Shown here: positions 1 to 7,921 of the stretch, piece after piece
Numbering within the stretch: position 1 is the first letter of the stretch
Layout of the letters: every line of letters starts with the position of its first letter
DNA from: a virus
Lineage: Duplodnaviria > Caudoviricetes
DNA: 41,934 bases
Virus record (IMG/VR): IMGVR_UViG_3300043429_000229
Span: 1-41,934 of that record
Direction: 5' to 3' (one strand)
Notes under the pieces: generated by a model
The model's database searches: none
Seen by the model: only the letters and a program-made list of their open reading frames with translations
What the model was told of the DNA's origin: nothing
Made by a program: the position numbers and the translations under genes

Positions 1-394
1 GCCGGTCCATCGCGTAAACCTCGGCGTATCGCTTTTCGCAATACTCAGACAGGGCGCGGTGCTGGCTGAAGAAATTGCCCACGTGCTGCACGAACTGGGT
101 CACCATTTCGTCCTCTGTCGGGATGTGCGTGGTGTATTCCTCTTTGGGTTTTTTGCCTGGCTTGGCTGGTTCAGATGCTGGTGTCGGCGTTGTGGTTGCC
201 GGTGCTGGGCTGGACCCGAACAGACTTCGAATAATGCCCCAGATCCCTCTGACGTCCTTGGCGATCTGCTGGGCTTGCTCTGCTGCCTTCTTTACTTTTT
301 GAACCGCGGCGGTCCCTTCGTTTAGGCAGTCGCAGCAGTATTGAATCCCGCTGTAGGCGGCACGTAATGCAGCCAGGGCGGTGAATGGGTCCAC
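1..394 (-). CDS. 5' part of the 246-aa membrane-anchored hypothetical protein (truncated by the window edge)
   Basis: GTG start at 394; near-identical to 37269..37662. Confidence 0.8.
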   Translation of the reverse strand, partial: MDPFTALAALRAAYSGIQYCCDCLNEGTAAVQKVKKAAEQAQQIAKDVRGIWGIIRSLFGSSPAPATTTPTPASEPAKPGKKPKEEYTTHIPTEDEMVTQFVQHVGNFFSQHRALSEYCEKRYAEVYAMDR

Positions 395-395
395 G

Positions 396-638
396 TCAGT
401 TCAGCTGGTGGAACCAGGCGGCCAGCTTTGAGAATGTCGCGCCGACTGCAGCTGCAATGCCACCCACCAGCATCAGCGTCTTCCATCCACCCTTGGCCTC
501 GGACAACGTGGCGCTGATCTTCGACAGCGTTTCGTTCATTTTCTGCATGTCCACGTGAAGCTGTTTCACCTGCTCTTGCAGCGCTTCAATTTGTGCATCG
601 TGGCGGCCAAGGTCGTGGTGAATGTTCGGGGTTTCCAT
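396..638 (-). CDS. Coiled-coil protein with C-terminal TM helix, holin/XhlA-like lysis-cassette protein
   Basis: Heptad-rich N-terminus and hydrophobic TLMLVGGIAAAVGATF; protein identical in both copies despite nucleotide changes. Confidence 0.7.
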   Translation of the reverse strand: METPNIHHDLGRHDAQIEALQEQVKQLHVDMQKMNETLSKISATLSEAKGGWKTLMLVGGIAAAVGATFSKLAAWFHQLN

Positions 639-721
639 GATGTCGCTGTGTGTGGAATTGCTGGCATTTTACACGGCAGTTTTAACTGACCGCCATGTGA
701 ATGCCGTGTCTTTTGGTGATG

Positions 722-1408
722 TTATTCGTACAGGATGTTGACAGACCCAGCGTCGAACGCATCGGTGCCGCCGATGGTCGTGACGCGGATGCGGTCCAAC
801 GTTGCCGACAGCGCTTTCGATCCACTCAGGAAATAAGTGTTCGCGCTGCCGGTGCGCGTGCTGTTGCCCATCGCCATCCAGGTGTTTGTTGCCGCGTCCA
901 ACAGCGACAGCTGCAGAACGCCGGTCATCTGGTCGCCAGCGCCTACGCCGCGGGCCACTGGGAATCCGGTTGTTTCTGACAGGCGGCCGCCAGAATCGGA
1001 CGCCGTGGCGTTGTAGCCTGTGGCCTCGATGCCACCGGAATCGCCCAGCTGGATGATCGGTGAGTTTGTGCCGTTGGTGCTGACACCGTTGAACATGACG
1101 GTGATGCGCTTGACCCAGCTCGGAATGCCGGTGAAGTCTTTGGATGTGCCAGACGTGGCGGCCTGAACGGCTGCGGTCGTCAGCTGACGGATCGCCAGTG
1201 CATCGGTCAGTGTCACCCATGCGCTGTTGGCCGCATTGCGCTGCTTCAGAACGCCGGCAGTCGTGTCCTGCCACAGCATGTAAGCAAACGGTGCAGCTGG
1301 TTCGGTCGGGCCGCTGTTCAGGCTGACGACGGCCGCCAGCGCGTTGTTGATGTCAGCTCGAAAGCTGGCGCCGTCCTGGTTCTCGATGACGTAGTCGTGT
1401 TGGCTCAT
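722..1408 (-). CDS. Second tail fibre/receptor-binding-like protein (allele A)
   Basis: N-terminus MSQHDY..RADINNAL..NSG shared with the upstream fibre; beta-rich Thr/Gly/Ser C-terminal domain; ATGA overlap with the upstream gene. Confidence 0.8.
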   Translation of the reverse strand: MSQHDYVIENQDGASFRADINNALAAVVSLNSGPTEPAAPFAYMLWQDTTAGVLKQRNAANSAWVTLTDALAIRQLTTAAVQAATSGTSKDFTGIPSWVKRITVMFNGVSTNGTNSPIIQLGDSGGIEATGYNATASDSGGRLSETTGFPVARGVGAGDQMTGVLQLSLLDAATNTWMAMGNSTRTGSANTYFLSGSKALSATLDRIRVTTIGGTDAFDAGSVNILYE

Positions 1409-2418
1409 ACATTGGCATTCTCAAGTGCTGCGATGCGCTCTGTCAGCGATGTGATGATGGCTTGTTGTTCTTGGATGGCTGCTGTCAATGTGGCAACCAA
1501 GAAGCTGGTGTCGATGCCCTGGTACTTGGGCACTTCGCGTTCGCCCATCACAGCCTCAACTGCTGGTGTCAGCTCGTTGCCTTCATCGTCAAACGTAGCT
1601 GGCACAGCAGGGCTGATTTCGTACTGCTCAATTTCGGTGTCGTCTTTCTCGCCAGACACAGCAAGCGGACAAACTTCGGCAAGCTCATGGGCAAGGAAAC
1701 CTTCTCCATCGCTGTCGTCAGCGTTCCACTTATAAGTTACAGGCTTTAGGCGAGATACTCGCTCCAAGGCTCCTGCGATTGGTTGCACATCATGTTTTAG
1801 GCGGTAATCGGAAGAAGTGACGAAAGATGTGGAAGATCCATTTGTTTCGATGCGACCAACTAAACCGTTTCCGTTGATGAAGCCAATTTGGTAAATCTGC
1901 GATGTTGTTGAACCAGAACTCCAAACGCTATAGGCAATCGTTGGGCTTTTTAAAGCAACGCCCGCAACAGAACTTGACGGTGATGATGTGCAGTTCACCA
2001 GCAAGCTACCGCCGGAGTCGATACGCATGGCTTCTGAGCCGTTGCCACCACGGAACAGCAACGCAGATGACGTATCAGCGGATAAGCCACCAACGGTCAT
2101 GTAACTAGAAACATAACCTGTGCCAGAGACGTGTAGCTTGTAACTTGGCGAACTCGTACCGATACCCACGTTGCCTGACGCATCTTTAGTGATCGCCCCA
2201 TCGCTGACAGCTTGCAGCGCGCCAATCCATGCACTGTCGGCGCTGTTGCGCATCTTGTAGTAGCCGGTGGTGGTGTCATACCAAGGCATGAACGGCTTGG
2301 TGGTCGTCGGCGCAGTCGCACCGCTGTTCTGCGACAGGATCGCCAGCAGGGCGTTGTTGATGTCGGCACGGACAGCGGCACCGCCGCCGTTCGCAATGTT
2401 GTAGTCGTGTTGGCTCAT
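1405..2418 (-). CDS. Tail fibre with C-terminal intramolecular chaperone (peptidase S74), allele A
   Basis: GNVGIGT and EAMRIDSGG fibre repeats; TSSDYRLK autocleavage motif, GFLAHEL and a C-terminal coiled coil; lies directly after gpJ. Confidence 0.9.
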   Translation of the reverse strand: MSQHDYNIANGGGAAVRADINNALLAILSQNSGATAPTTTKPFMPWYDTTTGYYKMRNSADSAWIGALQAVSDGAITKDASGNVGIGTSSPSYKLHVSGTGYVSSYMTVGGLSADTSSALLFRGGNGSEAMRIDSGGSLLVNCTSSPSSSVAGVALKSPTIAYSVWSSGSTTSQIYQIGFINGNGLVGRIETNGSSTSFVTSSDYRLKHDVQPIAGALERVSRLKPVTYKWNADDSDGEGFLAHELAEVCPLAVSGEKDDTEIEQYEISPAVPATFDDEGNELTPAVEAVMGEREVPKYQGIDTSFLVATLTAAIQEQQAIITSLTERIAALENANV

Positions 2419-2427
2419 TCTTGGTCC

Positions 2428-5400
2428 TTAATTCCTGTAACCGTAACCCTTGGCGATCCAGTCCATGGTGCGGGCCACGCCGGTCCCTGCGCTATTCTTG
2501 AACTGAATTGTAAACCCTGCGGCAGTTTTCGCGGTAATTTGCGCGTAATCTCCGGTCGCCATATTTTCTGCCGTGATGGCCGTGGCTGGCACGTCGAAAA
2601 ACGCATTGGCGAACGTGACCGACAAACCACCGGCCGGCACCGACACGTTGTTTGCGCTCTCGACGCGATCTGGCACGTCGACGGTCACACCCAGCGTGGC
2701 CAGTGCCACTTGGTTGTTGGTGTCTTCTCCCCTGATCAGCTTGACCTTGAATTTGAACGCGCGCGCCGTGTAGTCGCCAACGTAGAACACGCGCCAGGCT
2801 GACCATGTTGGCGAATCCGCTGGGTTGTCGTTGGTGGTGCTGATGAACACCTGCAGCGATGAATCGTCTGTCGTGTTCGGCAGGTCAAAGTTGACGATGG
2901 CGTCCCAGTCCGTCCACGTGTCCACGTAGTCCGTGGCCAGCGCTCCGTCATCGACCAGACCCAAACTGTCGATCAGCGGCCATTCGTCCACCATGTTGGT
3001 GATGTTGTAGGACAGCACGCTAAAGGTGGCCGACACGCGGCTAGTGTAGACGGCACCGGTGTCGATGTAGGTGTCGAATTCGTATTCGCCGGAATCGACC
3101 AGCCCGCCTTCCAAGTTGTCGTATTCGTCCCAGTCGACGATGTCGTCCATGTAGTCGGCTTGGTCCAGCACAAGGCGGTCATTCAGCACGACCAGGTCTG
3201 TTTTGGCGCCGGCGAACGCTGGGTCCTGCGTGGACGATGCCACGGCGTTGAACTGCACGATGTTGGGCGCGTCGGTGACCACCAGCGCAGCGTTCTGGCT
3301 GTACTGACCAGAACTGTCCTTGGCCTTGGCCAGATAGGTGCCTGCACGCAGCGGCACGTTGGCGCTGGTCGATGAACCAGGGAAATCACCAACCGGCAGC
3401 GATGTGTTCCACTGCGCGCCGTCCAGCTCCTCGCTGTAGCGAACTGAGATCTGGCCACCGATGCGAACGTCCAGATCCGCGTGGCTGTCCCACTGCAGGA
3501 TTCCAGTGTCGGCCTGCACGGTCATCTGCAAGTTGGCGACGTCAGCTGGTCGTGCTGTCTTGCCCAGCACGCTGGCTGTGAACGTGTACGGCTGCGATTT
3601 GACGCCCAAAGCTGTGACGGCTCGGACGGTGACTTCGTAGTCGCCATTGGCCGCGTTCAGCAGTTCGAACGAAGGGCTGGGCGTCGACACCTCGACAGGG
3701 TTGTCGCTGTTGATGCGGTAGCTCACCAGGTACGATGCGGCGCGCTCTGACTGCGACCATGTCATGGTGACGCCAACACGAACGTCGGTCAGGGTCGCGT
3801 AAAGATATTCACTCAGCGCGCCATTGGTTGGTGTGGCCGGTGGCTCGTTCAGCAGCGTGATGTCACGCGGCTGCAGCACCAGGCCGTTTTCCACGGCGTC
3901 GTATTTGTCGGGGTCGTGCTTCAGCGCGGTGATCTCGATGACACCGTTTTCCTGTTCGGACATCGACAGCACGCGGAACGTCTGCGCTTCGACGTTGCTG
4001 GCCGACATGATCCACTGGGCACCGGCCTGCGGTGCGGCAGACAGGGCAGACGCCAGGCTGACGACGGCACCGACCGCGCCAGTAACGGCACGGGTTTCGA
4101 CTGTGCCGTCGGGCAGCATGACGTAGATCGTCCAGCTGGATGCGCCCAAGCTGACGGCTGCGTCCAGCGTCACCGCGGTGGTGGTTGCGCTGTGAACGCG
4201 GCCGCCAAGGCGTGCGCCGGCGCGTGATGCGTCCGACACCTTGATGATCTGGCCAGGACGGGCGACTGCGCCCTCGATGCCGGTGGCGAATGAAACGGTT
4301 TCGGACTGGTAGCGCTCAGAAAACAGCAGCCAGCGGCCGACGCGGTTTGCCTGGCCACGGCTGGTGCAGCCAATGGCCACCACTTCGGTTGGCACCACGC
4401 CAAAGCGGGCGATGGCTTCCTGGTCTTCGACGTACTCGACTTTTTGGCGGTACATGTCGGCAGGGTCGTTCCAGGTGACCATCGCCACGGTGTGGCGTGC
4501 CTTGGCGCTGCTGCCGGTGTAGCTGAATTTGCCTTCCAGTACGTTGGCCTGCGTGTATAGCGCCACTGGGTCGCTTGGTGCGTCCTGCGCCAGTGTCAGG
4601 CTGCCGGATGCCCAGTACACCATGGACCTGAAGCACGACGCCAGATCCTGAACGACCTTGTAGGCTTCGGTGCGCGACTGCAGGTACATGTTGCAGGTGA
4701 AGCGCGGTTCGGTGCCGCCAAAGCCGTCTGGCACAAGCTCGTCGCAATACTGGCCGATGGAATACAGCGCCCACTTGTCGACCTGCGATGCGTCGATGTA
4801 GCCGCCGATGCCGTACCTGGCATTGGTCACGATGTCGTAAAAACACCACGCCGGATTGTCGGTCCACTCGGTCTTGAACGTGCCGTCCCAGCTGCCGGTG
4901 TAGGTGCGCGCCACGGGGTCGTAGTTCACCGGCACCTTGACCTTTAGCATCTTGACGTCAAAGGCGCGGGTGGGCACGCCGTTGAACACCTGCGAATCGA
5001 AGCGCATCGACACCAGCGCGCTGTTTGGGTAGCGCAGTTTCGCGTCGATGATCTCGGTGAAGCTGTCCCAGTAGGTTTTGTTCTGCAGCTTCAGATCCGT
5101 ACTGTCGGCCGTGATCCGGCGCACGCGGATGTCCCACGGGCCGTCGCCGGTCAGGTCGATGCGGTAGCTGCGCTGGTATTTGCTCTGCGCCTTGCCGGTA
5201 ATGGTGTCGGTCACGCGCTCCACGTAGCCGCCGCCGTCGGTCTGGACGTCGATGGCAATGTCCACGCTGGTGCCGTTCACCTTGCCGTCGTCGGACTGCT
5301 TGAACAGCGACTGCACGCTCAATGTGACGCGCACGGCGTTCACGTCCGCATTGCTGACGGTTCGCGTGATCGAACTGGCCGCGGTGACTTCGACGCTGAC

Positions 5401-5625
5401 GCCGTTTTCCGATTCGACCGACGGGATGCCTGGGATGTAGGTCTGGTCGTTGGTGCCGGTGCGCGTGTCGAATGTGACGTTTTCGAAATTGAACGAACCG
5501 TCTTCGTTCTGCAGCTGCGTGCCGTCCAGGTAGATGGATTTCGCGCCATCGACCAGGCCAACGATTTCGCCCTCAGAAACCGCATCCAATGTGCGCGCAT
5601 AGGCGCGTGAACGTAGATCTGTCAT
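2428..5625 (-). CDS. J: Tail tip/host-specificity protein, lambda gpJ-like
   Basis: 1065 aa; SEGEIVG, WTDNPAW, EPRFTCN and GCTSRGQA motifs; FN3-like repeats; position after gpI. Confidence 0.93.
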   Translation of the reverse strand: MTDLRSRAYARTLDAVSEGEIVGLVDGAKSIYLDGTQLQNEDGSFNFENVTFDTRTGTNDQTYIPGIPSVESENGVSVEVTAASSITRTVSNADVNAVRVTLSVQSLFKQSDDGKVNGTSVDIAIDVQTDGGGYVERVTDTITGKAQSKYQRSYRIDLTGDGPWDIRVRRITADSTDLKLQNKTYWDSFTEIIDAKLRYPNSALVSMRFDSQVFNGVPTRAFDVKMLKVKVPVNYDPVARTYTGSWDGTFKTEWTDNPAWCFYDIVTNARYGIGGYIDASQVDKWALYSIGQYCDELVPDGFGGTEPRFTCNMYLQSRTEAYKVVQDLASCFRSMVYWASGSLTLAQDAPSDPVALYTQANVLEGKFSYTGSSAKARHTVAMVTWNDPADMYRQKVEYVEDQEAIARFGVVPTEVVAIGCTSRGQANRVGRWLLFSERYQSETVSFATGIEGAVARPGQIIKVSDASRAGARLGGRVHSATTTAVTLDAAVSLGASSWTIYVMLPDGTVETRAVTGAVGAVVSLASALSAAPQAGAQWIMSASNVEAQTFRVLSMSEQENGVIEITALKHDPDKYDAVENGLVLQPRDITLLNEPPATPTNGALSEYLYATLTDVRVGVTMTWSQSERAASYLVSYRINSDNPVEVSTPSPSFELLNAANGDYEVTVRAVTALGVKSQPYTFTASVLGKTARPADVANLQMTVQADTGILQWDSHADLDVRIGGQISVRYSEELDGAQWNTSLPVGDFPGSSTSANVPLRAGTYLAKAKDSSGQYSQNAALVVTDAPNIVQFNAVASSTQDPAFAGAKTDLVVLNDRLVLDQADYMDDIVDWDEYDNLEGGLVDSGEYEFDTYIDTGAVYTSRVSATFSVLSYNITNMVDEWPLIDSLGLVDDGALATDYVDTWTDWDAIVNFDLPNTTDDSSLQVFISTTNDNPADSPTWSAWRVFYVGDYTARAFKFKVKLIRGEDTNNQVALATLGVTVDVPDRVESANNVSVPAGGLSVTFANAFFDVPATAITAENMATGDYAQITAKTAAGFTIQFKNSAGTGVARTMDWIAKGYGYRN

Positions 5626-6191
5626 GCTGTAATGTCCTCGACGCTGATGCCTGCGCTGATCACAGCGCTTCCGACAATCATGCGGCCATAGCCGAACGGC
5701 ACGGGCTGGCCTTGGCTGGTTGTGTTGACGGCTCCGCTGAACACGTAGGACTGTTTGATTTCCTCGCCGGTGTTGGCGTCCGTCTTAGGGACTGGCGACA
5801 GCAGCTGCGCAGCGCCGCCAAGGGTCATGGCGATGCCGACGGTCATCAGCGGCTGCGTCCATGGGCCTGGTGGCAGCAAGACGGATGCGGCGATCAGCGT
5901 GGCGCCGATGATGACGTTCACCAAGCCGCCACCGCCACCAGCGCCAGCGATGACGGGCGCGATGGTGATGGTCTTGCCGACGGGGTTGTGCAGGTCGTCC
6001 ACGCTGACGTCTTCGCGCACATTGATCACGCGGTAGCCGACGTTGCGTTCCTGCGACGTCGACACGAAGGTGGCGAAGTCCTTGAAGTTGGCGCAAAGCG
6101 CGCGCACTGCCTCGGCCGCGGACTTGACGTCCAGCCGGTGTTTGCGTCCGTAACGCTTCCCAAGTTCACCCAGCAGAATGATTGTTTTCAT
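5622..6191 (-). CDS. I: Tail assembly protein, lambda gpI-like
   Basis: LLGELGKRYGR..SAAEAVRAL N-terminus; NTTSQGQPVPFGYG..VGSAVIS C-terminus. Confidence 0.92.
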   Translation of the reverse strand: MKTIILLGELGKRYGRKHRLDVKSAAEAVRALCANFKDFATFVSTSQERNVGYRVINVREDVSVDDLHNPVGKTITIAPVIAGAGGGGGLVNVIIGATLIAASVLLPPGPWTQPLMTVGIAMTLGGAAQLLSPVPKTDANTGEEIKQSYVFSGAVNTTSQGQPVPFGYGRMIVGSAVISAGISVEDITA

Positions 6192-6882
6192 GTCTCAGAA
6201 AATGCGTTGATCGGTTGCGCCAGAAAATGCTGTACGGCTCACGGCATGAAAGCCGGTTTTGTACGTGGTGGATGATCTGATTATCGCCCAAGTAAACCGC
6301 GCCATGGTTGGGCACTGGGCTGAAAATTCGCATCAGGATGACGTCACCAGGCTGCAGGCGGTCCCGCGTCACCTCGGTGAACCCAGCGCTGCCGAAGTTT
6401 TCCATGTATAGGTCTTCGCCGCGCAGCCACCATTCGTCGTGACGGCTGAAGTCGGGCAGGGTGATGCCGCGTTCCAGCTGGAACCAGTCACGGATGATGG
6501 CGTAGCAGTCCAGCACGCCGTGTGACCACTCGCGGCCGATCAGCGGCGCCTGGTAGCCGTCCGGCTCCATGTAGGCCCATTGCTGGGATGGCACCGAAAC
6601 GATGTGCCACGGCAGGCCGGTGGCGTTGCATGCGACGCGATCAGCTTGGGATGGCTCTGGTGACAGATTCGGGTGGCTGTGGATGACCGCAATGATGTCG
6701 CCGGTCAGCTCGGCCGCGGCATAGTCCTGCGGGTGCATGACGAACTGGTCTGTGCCCACCGCCAGGTTGCGGCACCGCTTGTATCGTTCTTTGCCTTGCC
6801 AGACGATCAGCAGCCCGCAAGCCTCGCGTGGGAATTCCTCGCGTGCATGCAGGATGATGTCGGCCTTGGTCTGTTCATTCAT
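6166..6882 (-). CDS. K: Tail assembly protein gpK-like (JAB/MPN plus NlpC/P60)
   Basis: EACG..HSHP..PSQAD JAB motif; DCY..NHGAVYLG NlpC/P60 motif. Confidence 0.93.
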   Translation of the reverse strand: MNEQTKADIILHAREEFPREACGLLIVWQGKERYKRCRNLAVGTDQFVMHPQDYAAAELTGDIIAVIHSHPNLSPEPSQADRVACNATGLPWHIVSVPSQQWAYMEPDGYQAPLIGREWSHGVLDCYAIIRDWFQLERGITLPDFSRHDEWWLRGEDLYMENFGSAGFTEVTRDRLQPGDVILMRIFSPVPNHGAVYLGDNQIIHHVQNRLSCREPYSIFWRNRSTHFLRHENNHSAG

Positions 6883-7583
6883 CGGACCAGACCGGCGCTT
6901 GGAAATGAACCGAACGGCAGCGGCTCGTTCTGGCCAAACCGCAGCTGGCAGCTGGTCAGGCGCTTGCCGCAGACGTCCAGCCCAGAACTGCCGACGCTTT
7001 CATCGTTGGCGTTGAAGTAGTTGGTGCCGCTGTACCCGCATTCGGTGCCCTTGTAGCGCCACACGCAGACGTTCTGGATGATCTGGCGGTGTGGCAGCAG
7101 AACGCCCGCCACGTCGAACGACGCAGCCAGTTCGAACTCCACCAGGTCGCGTGTCTCCGTCGCCTTGCGGTCGATGAAAAACACGTCGTCTGGGAATTCG
7201 GCGGCTGGATCTGCTGTCGGGTTTGAACCGCCAGGAAAGTTCACGGCGTCCAAATATTTCAGCATGGTGCGCTTGCGTGTGATCTTTGCGCCCAGCAGGT
7301 CGTCATAGGTCAGCACCAGCAGCGTGATGGCGCCGGTGATGTTGGACACGGTCAGCTTCGGGCGTGGCAGTTGGCCGTTGCCTGTGAAGTCGAAGCCGGT
7401 CGCTTTGATCGGGTAAGCGGTGTACGTGTTGCCCTGCCACACCACGTTCGATGTCAGGCCGTTGGTGCCTGCGTGAAATCGCAGCAAGTCGCCACCGAAC
7501 GACGTGGCGTCCATCTCGAACAGCTCAATGATGGCCGACGGTTCCAGTTTCTGGATCTCGGTGGTGATGGCCGCTGACGTCAT
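6879..7583 (-). CDS. L: Minor tail protein gpL-like
   Basis: PRPKLTVSN, YLDAVNF and a C-terminal four-Cys cluster (CVW, ECGY, VCGK, SC). Confidence 0.93.
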   Translation of the reverse strand: MTSAAITTEIQKLEPSAIIELFEMDATSFGGDLLRFHAGTNGLTSNVVWQGNTYTAYPIKATGFDFTGNGQLPRPKLTVSNITGAITLLVLTYDDLLGAKITRKRTMLKYLDAVNFPGGSNPTADPAAEFPDDVFFIDRKATETRDLVEFELAASFDVAGVLLPHRQIIQNVCVWRYKGTECGYSGTNYFNANDESVGSSGLDVCGKRLTSCQLRFGQNEPLPFGSFPSAGLVR

Positions 7584-7918
7584 GCCTCAAACACCTGTTG
7601 GAATGTGGCCGACACGTTGTTCAGGTTTGCGCGTGACACCGTCTTGGTCCACTCGCGGCAGACCACCTTGATGGCCGTGCCTTCGTTGGGTGGCGTCCAG
7701 TCGAACGCCTCGACAGCGTTGCGCGCCGCCAGAAACGCCACGATGTTGCCGGCCTCGGTGTTGGTCCTGTTGTTGAACTGCAGGTTCCACACTTGGGCGT
7801 TGGCGTTGATGCCTTCGGCCACGCGCTGTTCGTAGCCATCACCGAACTGCGCAACGCGCACGCGGGGCTTGAAGGCAGCCTGGGCTCCGAAGTCTGGGGT
7901 GTATGTGAATGTGGTCAT
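7580..7918 (-). CDS. M: Minor tail (distal tail) protein gpM-like
   Basis: FGDGYEQR, FDWTPP and ATFQQVF motifs. Confidence 0.92.
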   Translation of the reverse strand: MTTFTYTPDFGAQAAFKPRVRVAQFGDGYEQRVAEGINANAQVWNLQFNNRTNTEAGNIVAFLAARNAVEAFDWTPPNEGTAIKVVCREWTKTVSRANLNNVSATFQQVFEA

Positions 7919-7921
7919 GTC

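Larger units (their letters stand above)
1..4238. repeat. Copy A of the imperfect direct repeat (gpJ 3' part, fibres, two lysis-proximal genes)
   Basis: Aligns to 37269..41934 with offset 37268 left of the fibre cassette and 37696 right of it; scattered, mostly synonymous substitutions. Confidence 0.97.

Noticed and set aside
722-2418. Diversity-generating retroelement acting on the fibres
   Set aside because: No reverse transcriptase; differences between copies are not adenine-specific and are mostly synonymous.
1405-2418. Invertase-driven tail fibre shufflon
   Set aside because: No inverted cassette, no serine invertase; both alleles lie in the same orientation.
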